From Phoronis australis (lineage: Eukaryota; Animalia; Phoronida): DNA of 64,000 bases. The notes beneath the pieces are model-generated. The model ran no database searches, had not been told where the DNA came from, and saw only the letters and a list, made by a program, of their open reading frames with translations. Location: contig NMRA01000405.1 of the NCBI GenBank assembly GCA_002633005.1, positions 208,702 through 272,701 of the forward strand, written 5' to 3'. The position numbers and the translations under genes were made by a program. Positions 12,990 to 26,800 of this stretch are shown here, one piece after another (position 1 is the stretch's first letter; each line of letters opens with the position of its first letter).

Positions 12990-13700
12990 TATTATGTAAT
13001 CTCAGCCAAAAAGGAGTGATATTCATGTTGGGTTGCTGCAAGTGGATCAATAAATTTCCCAGCTAATGTATAAAGGATCAGTCCACTTGTGGAAGGAGGG
13101 GTTACCGCAAGTAAAACAAGTAGTTTTATTTTAAAAAGTGTATTTTGGAGAAGTTTAATAAATTGAAGTCCTGTAGATTACAAAATACACGTTTGTGGCT
13201 GACTTTTGTTCAAAATAATTCAAAATTTTACGCTAGTGTGAATAATTTTGAAAAAATGACAATCACTCATCCCTATCCAAGTCCACTGACACTGACTGAA
13301 GAGCAACGATTTCCTCGACTTCTCATCGATTGATTCAGCCCTATCGAAGATGGTTCTCTCTTGCAGTAATATTCATCTGCTTGCACCCCGATCCACTGGC
13401 TTTGCAGATACAAGACATTGTTTTGCAATTAAGCTAATCCGGACTGTTTTTTTCAAGTTCTGTTTGTTCAAAACGACTTGGAATCCAACGTAACCGTATT
13501 CATGAAACTCATCTGGCCACGAGTTGCTGCCGTCAGACGACTCGTCGCTGTCACGAAATTCCTCCTTGTCTCCACCAACAAATGTGCTCTTTGGTGAGTT
13601 CAGTTAATTCTCGCTGATCTTGATACGGCAGTCAGAGGCAAGAGTTAATCACTGAGATATCAGCTACACTGCGACCAGCCATCTTACTGTTTTGTAAACA
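12990..13700 (-). pseudogene. Degraded P2X7-ballast/KolX-like cysteine-rich ORF, probably transposon cargo
   Basis: Acidic N-terminus (DSDESSDGS), CICKASGSGCKQMNITARE and C-terminal KFIDPLAATQHEYHSF, read across frameshifts. Ends resembling ccgatagtgtct-ttaa occur at 12870-12885 and near 14155. Confidence 0.35.
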
Positions 13701-14536
13701 TGCCGTGACCTCGCGACCCCACAGTTTCACGCCCACTTAACTAGTTCTAGCGAATGAGGTCAGCGATGACTTGGGTTAAAAGGTCGTTGCCAGCTAAAGG
13801 ACTGGTGAGTGACACTTCTATTGAAAATATCCCGAATGCAAAAAGTGGAATAACGACTGATGATTGGACGAAAAGCTCAAAGCGCTTACTACATTCATAA
13901 TGAGCAGAGTTTGAACTTTCTATTGATGTGTTTACGAGCGAATTTGGGTCATCGGAAGACTGAGCAATAACGACACGAAAACCGGCAATTTCGATGAAAA
14001 TTTCACGAGATATGCAGTCGTGGAGAAGGTGATGTTTTTCAAAATGAAATAAATAAGGTTTAAAATGAAGTTTGTTTATTTTAAAGTATTGTTTTGTGAA
14101 GTAGAATGAATAAATAATCATAATCTGCAATAAAAAATTTGACCTAATTTTCACCGATAGCGACTGTTTGCAGTCTTGTCAGGAAATAGAGTTTCCGACT
14201 CATAGGAAGATGACAAAAATGACGGTATATTCTTCTCGAGCTGCATAACGGCTGTCAGACTAACACACGCCATATCAACACCGTATCATCATTATTATCA
14301 CACAAATTCTTGAGCTATAGACTAAAATAAGTTTTACACGACAACGTATTGTTTCTCCGGTCAAATGGCGGCTTGGAAACGCAGACGAAGGTGTGTCAAG
14401 AATGATGCGTTCTAATTGGTCAGTTAAGCCGTCAGTCGTAATCCTGACGATAGGCCAGTTTTTGGCATTTCACCTGCATTAGTATACATGGAAGCCACAC
14501 ACGTGTTGGGTACTTAACAGTGGCAATGAAGCCTAC

Positions 14537-14672
14537 CTCAACTTGAAAACCAGCACTGTTGAGTAATTTCACATAATCATCCTTGGTAATCAGAGTGCAG
14601 TGGAGATCTCTCATCAGGTTACTCCTTTCATCCTCCGTCACTGTACCTTTGTCATACATATCTTCGATGTAC
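14537..14672 (-). CDS. SAM-dependent methyltransferase, exon 6 (last exon found)
   Basis: Acceptor tacag, donor GAG|gtaggc. It encodes (M)YIEDMYDKGTVTEDERSNLMRDLHCTLITKDDYVKLLNSAGFQVE, and its phase-2 start matches exon 5. Confidence 0.85.
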
Positions 14673-14979
14673 CTGTATTCATAAAAACAGAATTTGACGT
14701 TCCGGTGATAGTTCAACACAAACAGGATACATCAAAACGGAAAACATATTGTTTAAACTCGACAAATCTCAGCAAGTCACGTACCATCGCCTCCATATTG
14801 TTGTGCAATATGAGAGTACTCAGAGCATTTTATAAAATGGTTAGCGAATCTTGATAATTTGTTAAACTGTTTGCCCCATTTTATGCAACAGGAAACATTC
14901 GAAATACGACTCTTTAGTGTCGTAAGAGCATAAAGGCGTCCTTGGTTTGACCCAATTTCTAATGGGAGACTTTTAAATA

Positions 14980-15249
14980 CATGCGCGCACCCAGCCATCA
15001 ATTTGAGGGGGCTCGAATTTCCGTCGATGTGGACCTTTTGCCGACAAAATGTCGGCAGGACTAAAAAGAAAAAAAAAACGGGGTGCTACCTCAAAACTGT
15101 AAACTGTGCGTTTGCGTCTTTTTAGTGGAATTTTGCCTCGTTTTCACGGAGTTTTGTTTCTCTTAGGCGGAACTTTTGCCCACTTCGCCAAACTGGGGGG
15201 GGGGGGGGGNGGGGGGGAGTTTAGGCGAGCCCCCCTGGGTGCGCGCATG
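14980..15249. mobile_element. MITE with 5-bp TSD
   Basis: TIR catgcgcgcacccag / ctgggtgcgcgcatg, flanked by a perfect aaata direct repeat. Confidence 0.8.
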
Positions 15250-15729
15250 AAATAGCACTGAACAATGAGATGAACGTGACGACTGGTCACGTGGGACTGG
15301 ATGCCAGTAGCCCAGAGGACGAAGAGCCACTTTTTTGTTGAAAACACATCACGTCTATAACCGCAAGGGTCTTTTCACGATGTCAAACTGTTCCCCTATG
15401 CCACTCACTGCGAAGACAACGTAACTCATGCAAGCCATGGCACAGCTAGGTGGCGATCAGCCCCCATTGCTTCTTGAAAGTCTCCTTAGTATTATGGTGA
15501 GCAAGGCGGGATGAGTTGACAAGGACGAAGCGCTATCTCCTTCATGAACAGGCATTTTGAGACATTGGATATTTTGTGTAAATCGTTTGAATATCCCACG
15601 GCACCGCAGCGACAATTTTACGGCATGATGATCGCAAATGAATAACACAAAATGCTGCGAAATATAACACTGCAAAGCCATACTCGAATGCAAAACGCTG
15701 CCTATCGAGTAACTTATCACCATCTAGCC

Positions 15730-15830
15730 CAGTGGCGGATCTATGATACCAGAAGGGGGGGGGTAACATGTTGCTTCGGGGAATTGGGGAAAGTGCGATT
15801 GCCCTGCCCCCCTCCCTAAATCCGCCTGTG
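15730..15830. mobile_element. GC-rich MITE with 5-bp TSD
   Basis: Termini cagtggcggat / atccgcctgtg, flanked by a perfect tagcc direct repeat. Related to 4097-4255 and to the truncated copy at about 61353. Confidence 0.7.
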
Positions 15831-16840
15831 TAGCCACCATATTTCGTTATGTCGCCGCTACACCAAAAATGTTTATTGTAATGGGATGCCAGTATAAAAT
15901 ACACTGCTTACAGACTTTAACTTGATGAATCTTTTAAAAATAGAAGTACTGAAACAATTGATATATGATGTCCGATTGAGAACAACACTTCGAGAACAGT
16001 AACATGTAAAGATGGACTGAGTAGAACGTTATTACAACTTACTCCCCTCTTTCTTTTTCAGTTCAAATTTGGTAACTAGAGCAAATGAAAAACTTCTAGC
16101 CAGGGGTTGTATGTCCTGCCGAATGGCAGACTGATGCCCGGGAATGATGCAGAAAAAAATGTAGTTAATGACCTCAATTCTTGGCCAGATTGTGTTGGTT
16201 ATGCATTTTATCAAAATAACTAGTTTATGCAAATTTGCATTATCAGATGATTGGAGTTTGCTTTCTTCGCCCTTAGCACGTGCCATATACCGGTAAAGAA
16301 AAATTAAACACGCCGTAAAATGACTCGAGACCTCGACACGCCTATCACTTTGGGTTGGGAGGAAAACAATGTCGGGATTTGGTTTTTAAAACTTCGAGAA
16401 AAGAATAGTTCTTTCGAAGCAAAAGTTGTTGCGTAGAAAGAGATTCTGTAGCTGACTATAGTCTTCCTAGGTGTCACTTTGAACAACGCGGCCGTTTAAA
16501 TGCAATGCAGAGCACAGAACACAGAATTGCCCCGGTAACGACCGTAACTCCGGGCCGTAACTGCACTGGATTTGAAAGCGCGATTTGCTGTTACAAAAAT
16601 CAAGTCCGCAAAGCAGTTTGCGGGTGGGCGCTAGTCTGAGCAGTTTGCTCTACTTAAGAATTCTTAACAATATAAGGTGAACGCTCAGACGTACAGTTGG
16701 AGTTTAATCCGAAAATCATCAAAACTAGAGCAAAAAATTCAAGTCAGGAGATATATGCTGATATACTGGACACTTTATGAACTTGACTTGAAGACCATAC
16801 AGTGGTGAGCAAAAACAACTTATTGGACGTAATAACTTAC

Positions 16841-16949
16841 ATTTTACCGCCACTCTTTAGAACTTCAGCACAGCGTTTGATAAGTGATTCTTTGTCCTTG
16901 ATATGAAGGAATACCAAAATGCCGATTAAAACATCATAACTGCTGGCAT
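16841..16949 (-). CDS. SAM-dependent methyltransferase, exon 5
   Basis: Acceptor tcttacag, donor gtaagt. It encodes (D)ASSYDVLIGILVFLHIKDKESLIKRCAEVLKSGGK (motif II and LKxGG motif III), with consistent phases. Confidence 0.9.
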
Positions 16950-17075
16950 CTGTAAGAAACGATGTGTTCTGCAGCAGTGCTACTTAGAAGAATTCTAAAC
17001 CCTGTTTTTATGATTTCAACCAATCCTCGTTTTGTCACCTCCTAATGCATAACTGGCGTCAACCTTCCAAGTTGA

Positions 17076-18400
17076 AGAAGGATGCAACCGTTTTCGGGTC
17101 ATTTTTAGTAAAAATGCAGTTAGTTGATTATCCAAAACATATTTTTTCAGTTAATAACGGCTTCCCGTGATTTATCAGTTAGTCGTACCTTGCTCCGGAA
17201 GTGACGTTTAGGGGGTTAAGCATTTCCAGCCATTTTGTTTTCAAACATTCTGACTGTGTGAGCTGTAGAGTCGGCATTGTATTACCCAGCTTGTGATAAG
17301 TTCGGTAGTCGTTAGCGTTTGTTAAACCAGTCAACATTCCCATAGGTTGCTGCATACCGGGGTGTACTCATTATTGTCTCACGCCCACTGGGTATACCAT
17401 TACATCGCTTTCCGAAAGATGACACACTCTGCCGTACTTGACTTGTTCACGTGAAGAACGCAGATTTACCCGTCCACGCAACGTACAAAGCAGTGGAGAA
17501 TAACCGAGTGTGTGGCAATTATTTTCTGCCGTCGGATTACGAAAGAGATATGTACGCGGAATTGATGAAGGTTCCTGCAAAACAACGCTGTTGATTCTCG
17601 GCACTGACCCATTGCCAACCCTGAGAAATGCATTTGTAAGCAGCCCTGCAGGAATATTGAGTAGTGGGAGTGAATACAGGCCCAGTAAGGCGGACAGTTC
17701 GTCGTCCAGTGAACAGACCGGTGAGTCAAACTTTGATAAGTTTATTGTGGACTTGACTTAAGAATTGGAGATAGTTAGAAGCTGCCAGGTGTGTGGCGAG
17801 AATGCCACACGGCAAGATGTAGGCGGTATGGGTGCTCAGGTCACCATCCAGTGGGAACAGCATAGGCACTCCATTTAGGTCGGTATAACAGTGCACGCCA
17901 TGCATTTGGACCAAGACGTCCCACCACGTCTGTCCTCAGTCTCTGCCTCATCCCTTTCAACAGCTGTCTGTGCGTATTCTGTCCCACTATACTCGGGATC
18001 ACACACATATCCACTCACTGACTGTTCGTGAAAAAAATTCTCGTCACTACTGCTATGAAAAATGTCTCCGTCATTCATGTCATCGTGCCTGTGATTTGGG
18101 TCGTCGACTCCAGCCATTTTCAGGCTACCGCAAACTAAATCCAACGTAAATGAGTTCTTTAACAACTTAGCTTGTCGTAGGAAACCAGGACGAAAACAAC
18201 AGTAGAACAGATCCTCACAGTAAACTCAAACGCAGAAACAAAATGGCGGAAAATTCTTAACCCCCTAAACGTCACTTCCAGAGTAAAGCACGACTAATTA
18301 ATGAAATTACGAGAAGCCGTAATTAACTGAAACGTATATCTGGGATAATCAATGAACCGTCTTTTTACTAAAAATAACATGAAAAATGTTGCCTTCTCCT
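17076..18400 (-). mobile_element. Kolobok-type element with ~160-bp imperfect TIRs carrying a degraded P2X7-ballast/KolX-like ORF
   Basis: Right end gttgccttctcct|TTAA; left end ttga|agaaggatgcaacc. The internal minus-strand ORF reads MAGVDDP...PEYS...RRGGTSWSKCMACTVIPT*MECLCC. Same family and length (1325 vs 1324 bp) as 43346-44669. Confidence 0.75.
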
Positions 18401-19111
18401 TTAAAGACAAGAATCAAGTAATAACTCATACTCCTCAAGTTACAAATTGGACATAATGGTCCTTGGTTGGTGGTCTTTTCCCACAGTTGCAAGTGTAACC
18501 AACGCTTATAGTTGCTATAAGCGTTGGTTACACTTGATCGTTTAGCAGTCTTTGAAATGATTTTGCAAATTTTGCTCCAAACTTTTGAGGGTCGTTGAGG
18601 GTTACAGAGCATTATTTTGTTTCAGAGAACTGGATGGGAAAGTCGTTTTTAGTATCTGTTAACAGACCAAAATCGTCTTTGGTATCTTTTTAAAGCTTCA
18701 TTTCACAACTGTTTAGCTGGCAATCATTGAATTCTTTACCGAAGCACTTCGGGATTTCAAACATTACCACGGTCATCCGAACTTGTACTGTTGACTGAGT
18801 AGGCAACTCTGGTCATGTGCGATGCGTAGATGCGCTAATTTCAAATCCGCAAATTAAATTTTGGCCAACCTTAATGAACTCTGAAGCGTTTTCTGGAGTC
18901 GCCGATAATTTTTATGTACTTGCTGGTAACGGAAATTATAAAATCAATTTTATCAGAGTCAAATACCTAATTAGATTCTTACTTGTCAAACATTCTGATA
19001 AGAAATCAATGTCTTACTATTAGGGTCATACTAAGGCAATGACATCAAAGAACAACTCCACAGTTATCGTGTCAAGTCTTCCTTAAACTGTCATCCCACA
19101 TTATACATTAC

Positions 19112-19308
19112 CTAATGGCACGTCGATGAAGTTACCACAGATGTGCGTTACATTGTCACCAAGACCACATCTCCTCGTTAGCTCCTGTCCCAATTCATTG
19201 TTCTTTTGCTGCAACTCCACAGCGGTAACGTGACATTTGAAGTTGCTCACCAGGTAACGAGCAGTGCCCCCGAGACCTGAGCCAACATCTATGCAGCGAG
19301 TGGAGGAT
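19112..19308 (-). CDS. SAM-dependent methyltransferase, exon 4 (SAM-binding motif I)
   Basis: Acceptor atttcag, donor gtaatg. It encodes SSTRCIDVGSGLGGTARYLVSNFKCHVTAVEL...ICGNFIDVPL, containing the DxGxGxG motif I. Confidence 0.92.
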
Positions 19309-20527
19309 CTGAAATGAGACATGCACGATTTATTTTAAGTTGTCATAAATTCAAAAAGATTAACTTATGATTTACACCAATTCTACTTGTAGACTCGATG
19401 CCTCGATTTTGGGCCTGACCATGGAAATATATTTAATAATCACGGGAAAATGCTTTAACCAGGTCTCAAAGTTGCACCCCAATGAGTGAAATTTCTCGTC
19501 AAGATACGAACCACTCCTGAAAGTTATTAGTTTTGACTACTTGAGGCATTGAGTGGAATATTGGTGGTAACCGAGGCTGGAATAGGGCATGGGGATTTTG
19601 CCCTCATCTAAAAAGTCACCTCTCAGAAGTGAAAAAGCACCTTCTCCACTTGTGAGCGAGGGTACTGTAGATGTACACATTAGAAGTGTTTTCTAAGACG
19701 GAAGAAAACCGTCAGCCGTTTCTGTTCAATGCCAGGAGGTTAAACAAGTTGGCTTGTCGCGGCGAGTCCTTCTGCGAGGAGTATGATCTCAAGCAATAAC
19801 CAACTGCTAATTTAACAATAATTACTTGTTGTGTCAATAACTTAAGACCAGTTTATATCGGTAATAGTCTAAATTGAAAGTTTCTTTCTTCGATGGAACA
19901 TGGGTTTACAGGTGTTTCACCAGGAACAATTACACGGACTGATCGATTAATAAGGTTACATAACACTACAAACTACTATTATGTGAAATGACTTAGTCTT
20001 TTTAAAGTGACATAAGCTAAAAATTCGATCAGTTTCGGGCCTTAAGTATTAAATTACGTATACAAGAAGCCCCACTTCCGTCATTTTAATGAGATTACGT
20101 GTTACGACATAAAATTTATGTTGCGAACTCTCGCATAAATGATCGATCTCGGGGCAGCATTTCATGTCGCCACAATGTAACGACAACAATTGTCGCCCGC
20201 TGCATGTATCTAATTTTCGTAATCATGAGACTTCTGAAGATGCCCTAAGTTGGTAAAGAAACAAACATTGTTTTTTAACTTATTGATGGACAGCTGTTAT
20301 GCTTGTGTTCTAAATTTTCAGTTCATAAACATTTTGGTGCCGGCGGAGGGGCAAGGAGTGATCAGCTACCCAACCAGGAGGATCAGCTGTCTGCGTGCAG
20401 GAGGTTTGCCGCTAGCGATCCTCTAGACATCAGACAATTGACTGAACTGTACTGCACGAGAATTGTGATCAAGTTTCGAATCTCTGTAATCGTAACAATC
20501 AATGGATTGAAAAATCACCAGACTTAC

Positions 20528-20640
20528 GTGAATGTAATCTTAGTGGACATCTTTTGTAATGTATCTGTTCCGTGGTAATGATAGTTGTCAAATTTGTTCA
20601 CATCTTCCACCTTCAGGGGCTCGTCGTCTTTATAGCCAAG
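20528..20640 (-). CDS. SAM-dependent methyltransferase, exon 3
   Basis: Acceptor ctgcag, donor gtaagt. It encodes LGYKDDEPLKVEDVNKFDNYHYHGTDTLQKMSTKITF, and the phase-2 end joins exon 4. Confidence 0.9.
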
Positions 20641-21315
20641 CTGCAGAGCATATCAGATAACTACTAATTTAATCGCGAGAATGCAAGTTAGCGTGTTCAT
20701 AAGCGTACAAAAGACAGGACATTGCCGCAAAGGTCTTCTATCTTCAAACTTGAATAATAACAATTGCCAAAGATGTCATTTGTTTCGTTTTTACAAATTT
20801 AATGCTAATTTTATTGATAAAAGCTTCTAATGTTATTGTTGTTTCTATGGTGACATCTGCAGCGTAAAACCACGACAACAAAGTTCATCAATTCTCTTCG
20901 TTAAATTTCATTAAAAATTTTGACTATCATAATTGAAATTCCCCTTTCATAAACTTTACCATATCATTTCTTTGTTTTTGTTTGTTTTGTGCTCGCTATA
21001 CACGCCACCAACACATTGATAGGGTGATGATGGAGCTACGCGAGCCAAGTGTATTCCGTTTTTAGAAATGAGTGTGATAAAATCAAATGTACCATTCAAT
21101 CTATCAGGAGACGGTTACCTGTGAATAGCGTGAGTACGAATTACATCGACACAACTATGATTTGATAGATAACACCATGACTTATTTTAAGTGGTAAACA
21201 AATAGATTCTGTAGACAAGTAAAATATACTATCAGGTAGAAGGGTTACATTGAATCAAGGACGAAACACCTACAGGTAAGACTGAGTCTGTGGAGTCTGT
21301 TGTTTCCTGTTATCA

Positions 21316-21525
21316 GGCCTAGTGTGGCTTAGTGGGTTAAGTGGGCGCTTCCTTTACTCAAAGTCCTGGGTTCGAATCCCACTGGGGCATGCTGCTAAAC
21401 CCATGAGTAGGGATTCTAGCTTCTCAGCTCCGTTTTAAGTATAGCATAAAAATAGTCCCAGGTGATCATTACAGTGGGCCCATCTGAGCTGCTTGCTCAC
21501 GTCTGATACAACGTATACTATTTTT
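21316..21525 (+). mobile_element. tRNA-derived SINE
   Basis: Pol III A box TGGCTTAGTGG (21325-21335) and B box GGTTCGAATCC (21369-21379), followed by a non-tRNA body; no intact cloverleaf. The 3' end is approximate. Confidence 0.7.
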
Positions 21526-21852
21526 CATCAGGTCTGTTTATTCCATAATTTATATACCTGCAAATACATCCCAGCCACAGTGGGGATAAAGAACAGGCTT
21601 TGTAATTTCAAGTCCTTGTTTTGTTTTGTCTTATCCTTGTATGCATCAAAAGGAATAGCCAAGCTATGAATTAAAGCAAGCAGCAATAACTTCCAAGTTT
21701 GCCATAACTGTATAATGTATCGGGGGGGGGGGGGGGGGNGGTTCACACTGCGGTGATACTTTTGGCATAGTTAGCTATCTTAAATTATCTCAGTTTGAAG
21801 TTCCAGTTTGTCGAACAGTTTCACTTTAATTGGAGTGTCAAGGATCACGTAC

Positions 21853-21890
21853 CTCTCGTAACTCTTTGTAAATTCTTTCAACTTGCAAAT
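21853..21890 (-). CDS. SAM-dependent methyltransferase, exon 2
   Basis: Acceptor gtttcag, donor GAG|gtacgt. It encodes (Y)LQVERIYKELRE; phases 1/0 match the neighbouring exons. Confidence 0.85.
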
Positions 21891-22813
21891 CTGAAACAGA
21901 CACAATGACAACGCAGAAAATTCAGTTAAAATGCATCCACAACTCAATCGCATACGGCGGGCTTCTAGGAGTATTTTAGTACCATAAAAATGGCGCAGAA
22001 TACGTCGAACCCGTCAGAAATTGGGAATGCATTGTAGCCTATCTAATATAAAACTGTTTGCAATTTTCATGAAAATATGCCACAAAGCTCTAAAGATACA
22101 GACGCAAACGTGAAAACTAGCACAGCGGTAGCAAAAGCTGTCTAAAAAGTCGTGAGTTGCTGTTTTCACATTTATAAGAAAACATCTGCAAAAATTCACA
22201 AAGATCGTGCAATGAATCAGCAGGTCGGAAAAAATACAAAATCGTCACTAGAGTGTACCACAGTTGTCACTCCGATCCGAAAATCAACGTTGGCTATGTT
22301 CTTCTCACCAGCAACACAACTGCTAAGTTTCATTACGATCCCTTGAGCCATTTGGTGGATAAAGAGGCGGACGCCAAAACAGACTCGAAATAATAAAAAT
22401 GACCAATAGGTGGCGAATACGGCAACTTCTAAATAAAAACCTATATGCCAAATTTCACGAAAATCCAGCAAAGAGGCAAACGAAAAAATGCCACTAGGAG
22501 GCACATCTGTAGTCGGATTGGCTGAAAAGTCGTCGTCTGTTGTCATCTCTATAGGACCAGATGTGCCAAATTTCACAGGTATCCTCTAAAAGGTCTCAAA
22601 ACTCAAGACTTCGAGTTCAGACTCAAAATCTTGGGGACATCATGCGCAAAATAAGATAATACGTGCAGTTGTCCAAGTACCATAATGCACTTGGGCACTT
22701 GGGCACAGTACAAGAGACAATGATCTGGAATTCATACCAAAGAAGAAAAAGCAAATGTTAAAAATAGTGTCACTTTAGAGTTAAAAGTTTAGATCACAGA
22801 AGAGCGACACTTG

Positions 22814-23803
<990 letters not shown>

Positions 23804-26800
23804 TTGGTGTGGACGGGACTTAGAGAAATCGAATGAACAACTTGGAATACCGACGTCTCTCACGACGAAGACATCGTTGATGACGCGGGCACAGGCAATA
23901 CCGGTGATGCCGGCAGTAACTCGATGGCCGGACAATGGGTTAAAAACCACAAATCACAAGGACGTCACTCATGATACGTGTTCACGATGCGTTTAAATCG
24001 CTTGAGCAAACATTGTGAACGCGGAGTAAACTGCACTGTTTTTATGTGAAACGGGCTGTTTGAAGCCATTGAATATGTCACAAACTTTGACTAATGAGAT
24101 CGTTAAAAATTTATAAGATGGATAGTAAAAATCGGCCACTTTGCTGAGTAAATAGTCACTTTGGTTTTTAAAAGAGCGTCAAATGGTTTTTCTTTGAGGG
24201 GGGGCATCATTTTGTACGGACACGTGGAAACATGAAAAAACATTGAACAGCGCAAAAGGCATATATGCACATGCGTCCCACATCATGCTTCACCCACTTG
24301 AGAAAGCCCAAGTCGCAATGACATACGGATGACATTATTCCAGATAGCCTTGGCAACTACAATGGCACTGACGCCGACGCTCCAACAGCCGCGACGCATG
24401 CACTGTCAATGACCGTAGCCTCAGCTGCTAGGTTGAGTTTCCGGGACCCAAGACACCTACGTGCACCCAACCTCCGGTCAAAAATGTTCGCTTTGGAACG
24501 AAAAGAGTGAATTGTATTCCATATATTAATTCTATCCCATAATTCATCACAACATCACTGATCAATTACTTAAGTGGCCGCCTCTTAGCTAGTTCATGCT
24601 GGTAGTCATCTGTGAGACTTTTAGTAGTCTTGTATGATCACACTTTTCTCAAATGAAGCGTGGTCTACGGTAGTCTACGCTGTTATAATTGATTGATGTT
24701 TACACACGCTCAGATTATTCTCCAAGCGTATTTTGAAAACACAAAAATACTCAATTTTTGCGGTTGGAGTTCGGTCAGTGCGACAAGGCTCTTACTCGCA
24801 AAACCTTGGAAAACTGGTGGCAGTTTCTGTACCCCCAAGCAATGGCTTAAAGGAGCTTTGTGCAGAGACTAGCCGACAATAAAATGAGGAAACGCCAATA
24901 CAGTTCAAATCCATATATTAGAATCGATTTCGTATTCAGATTTCAAAATGCCAATTTCGGTAAAGTTGCGCACTGAGTATGAATGGTGTGGGGAAACAAA
25001 AGTATCTGGATGACATTAGTCCCTGTCAATACCTATCTTGATGAATAGCCGACAGTCTCTGATCACCGTCCACGACAAACATTTTGCCGTCAAAGCCAGT
25101 TGGATTTTTTTTTCAAGACAGTCACACAAGTTGTCGTAAGTTTCAGAAATATTACGAATTTTTTTTTAGGAATTTCTCTTCCGACCCTTTGTACGAATGC
25201 TGAATTAGTCCAATTCCCAGAGGTGAGTGCACTGCGTTGATTCAAACGGAACAAGTTCTCGTTAGGTCGTATACATGTAGGATGAGACGTCCATAACAAA
25301 TAATACAAGCACAAGTTGATTTTTCTCACTCTATCCATCCTAGGCTTCTATACGATGGTGCAATATCAGTGTAGATGGCCCTTACCTTTTGCACGACCCA
25401 CCAAAACACATTGCTACCCTTGTTATTTTATGGATTCCTTCTATTGTATTCAAACGGCAACAAAAGGTTGATTTCGTCGCTCTGATACACTTGGTCGGGA
25501 ATTAACAAATAATGCAAATTTGATATTTGAAACCAGTATATTCACAGGAGAGGCTCGGCACAAAATACATCCGTTGTGTCAATGGGCGAGGAGATATCAC
25601 TGAAATAGTATGTTATATAATTCAAAGTGCAGCAACGTTGTGAATTCTATTTTGAATGGCAGAATTAAAAGTAACTGTTATCTGGTCTCTGACATAAAAC
25701 ATGTACAGCCAGTCCAAGATCAGTATCTCATGTTTTTATATTTCAACCAGAAGTTATGCAAAACTGACACGTATTTTCCTGTAAATAATGCAGTCACAAA
25801 ACTTTGGAACAGGTCTATCTGCATGACAAATTAAAGAAAAAGTAAACAAATAAAAAATCGAGGACCAAAGCAAAAATTACAAAAATTCCCTGGACGACAC
25901 CAGTCACTGTCCAAGTTCGACCAAGAACAACAGGCATCGAGCCATTGACAAATTACACGAAGTGTGTAAAGTTAATTGGACGAGAAATGCGATCTGTAGC
26001 GTGCTTCTAGACAATGAGATCACGACATCGATAATACTGACAAATAAAATCAAATGAAATTAAATCAATGTACATGTAAACAGAAATTTAAACAGGTGCG
26101 AATGACAATTAAAGTAGAATTCTACTCACACGCAAAAGATTAATTCCGTCTCGGGAACGGGCGGCTTAACCATGAGTCGGAGTGCCACAGAACTATTTGA
26201 AGTAAATAAGTGCACAATAACTCCAAAATGTGCCGGCCAAGGAAAAATGTAAAATGCATACGGTTGAAAAGTAGGACGCAACGGTCTAGAATGCTGCGAG
26301 TAGGAAAGCGTAGCAGCTACCCCCACTGGGTAACGACCCTTATTCAGTGGAAGTCTAACTTGGTTCTCAAATCACAGACCTTCGCATCCCACTATTGCCA
26401 TTCACTATACACAACTTTTAAAACCTGAAATTTTAATTGGTAAGTCTCTACATTGGCCTTTTCCGGTCAACGTGTCCCGGACAAAGGTCAATCATTTAGG
26501 GTAAGGTGGGTAAGATAAACAGTTTAAGCAAACTTAGAGAAGATACATACTGAGATACATAAATGAAGCATAGGACATTTGAAACTTAAACAGGCAAAAT
26601 TACAAGTCAAATCTATGCATATTTTAGTATAACAATTTGGATTAAAAACCATGTCGAAAAACTCAAGAACGAAACGTCGGAGGAGAAAACTGGAAACTTT
26701 GTCTTCTACTGGTGTATTCAACAATTTTTGTCATTTAAAAAATGTAACTCAAATATCCAGATATCCATAACATCGAGAGGACGTTTGTTGCTGTTCGTTA

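Noticed and set aside
13855-13885. CTGATGA...GAAA hammerhead-like string
   Set aside because: Helix II (ttggac) cannot pair, there is no helix I, and there is no PLE context.
20228-20262. CTGAAGA-T-GCC...GGT...GAAA hammerhead-like string
   Set aside because: Spacing before GAAA is broken and there is no helix I/III; at most a dead remnant.
21316-21390. Possible tRNA gene
   Set aside because: A and B boxes are present, but there is no proper anticodon arm or acceptor stem, and it continues into a SINE-like body.
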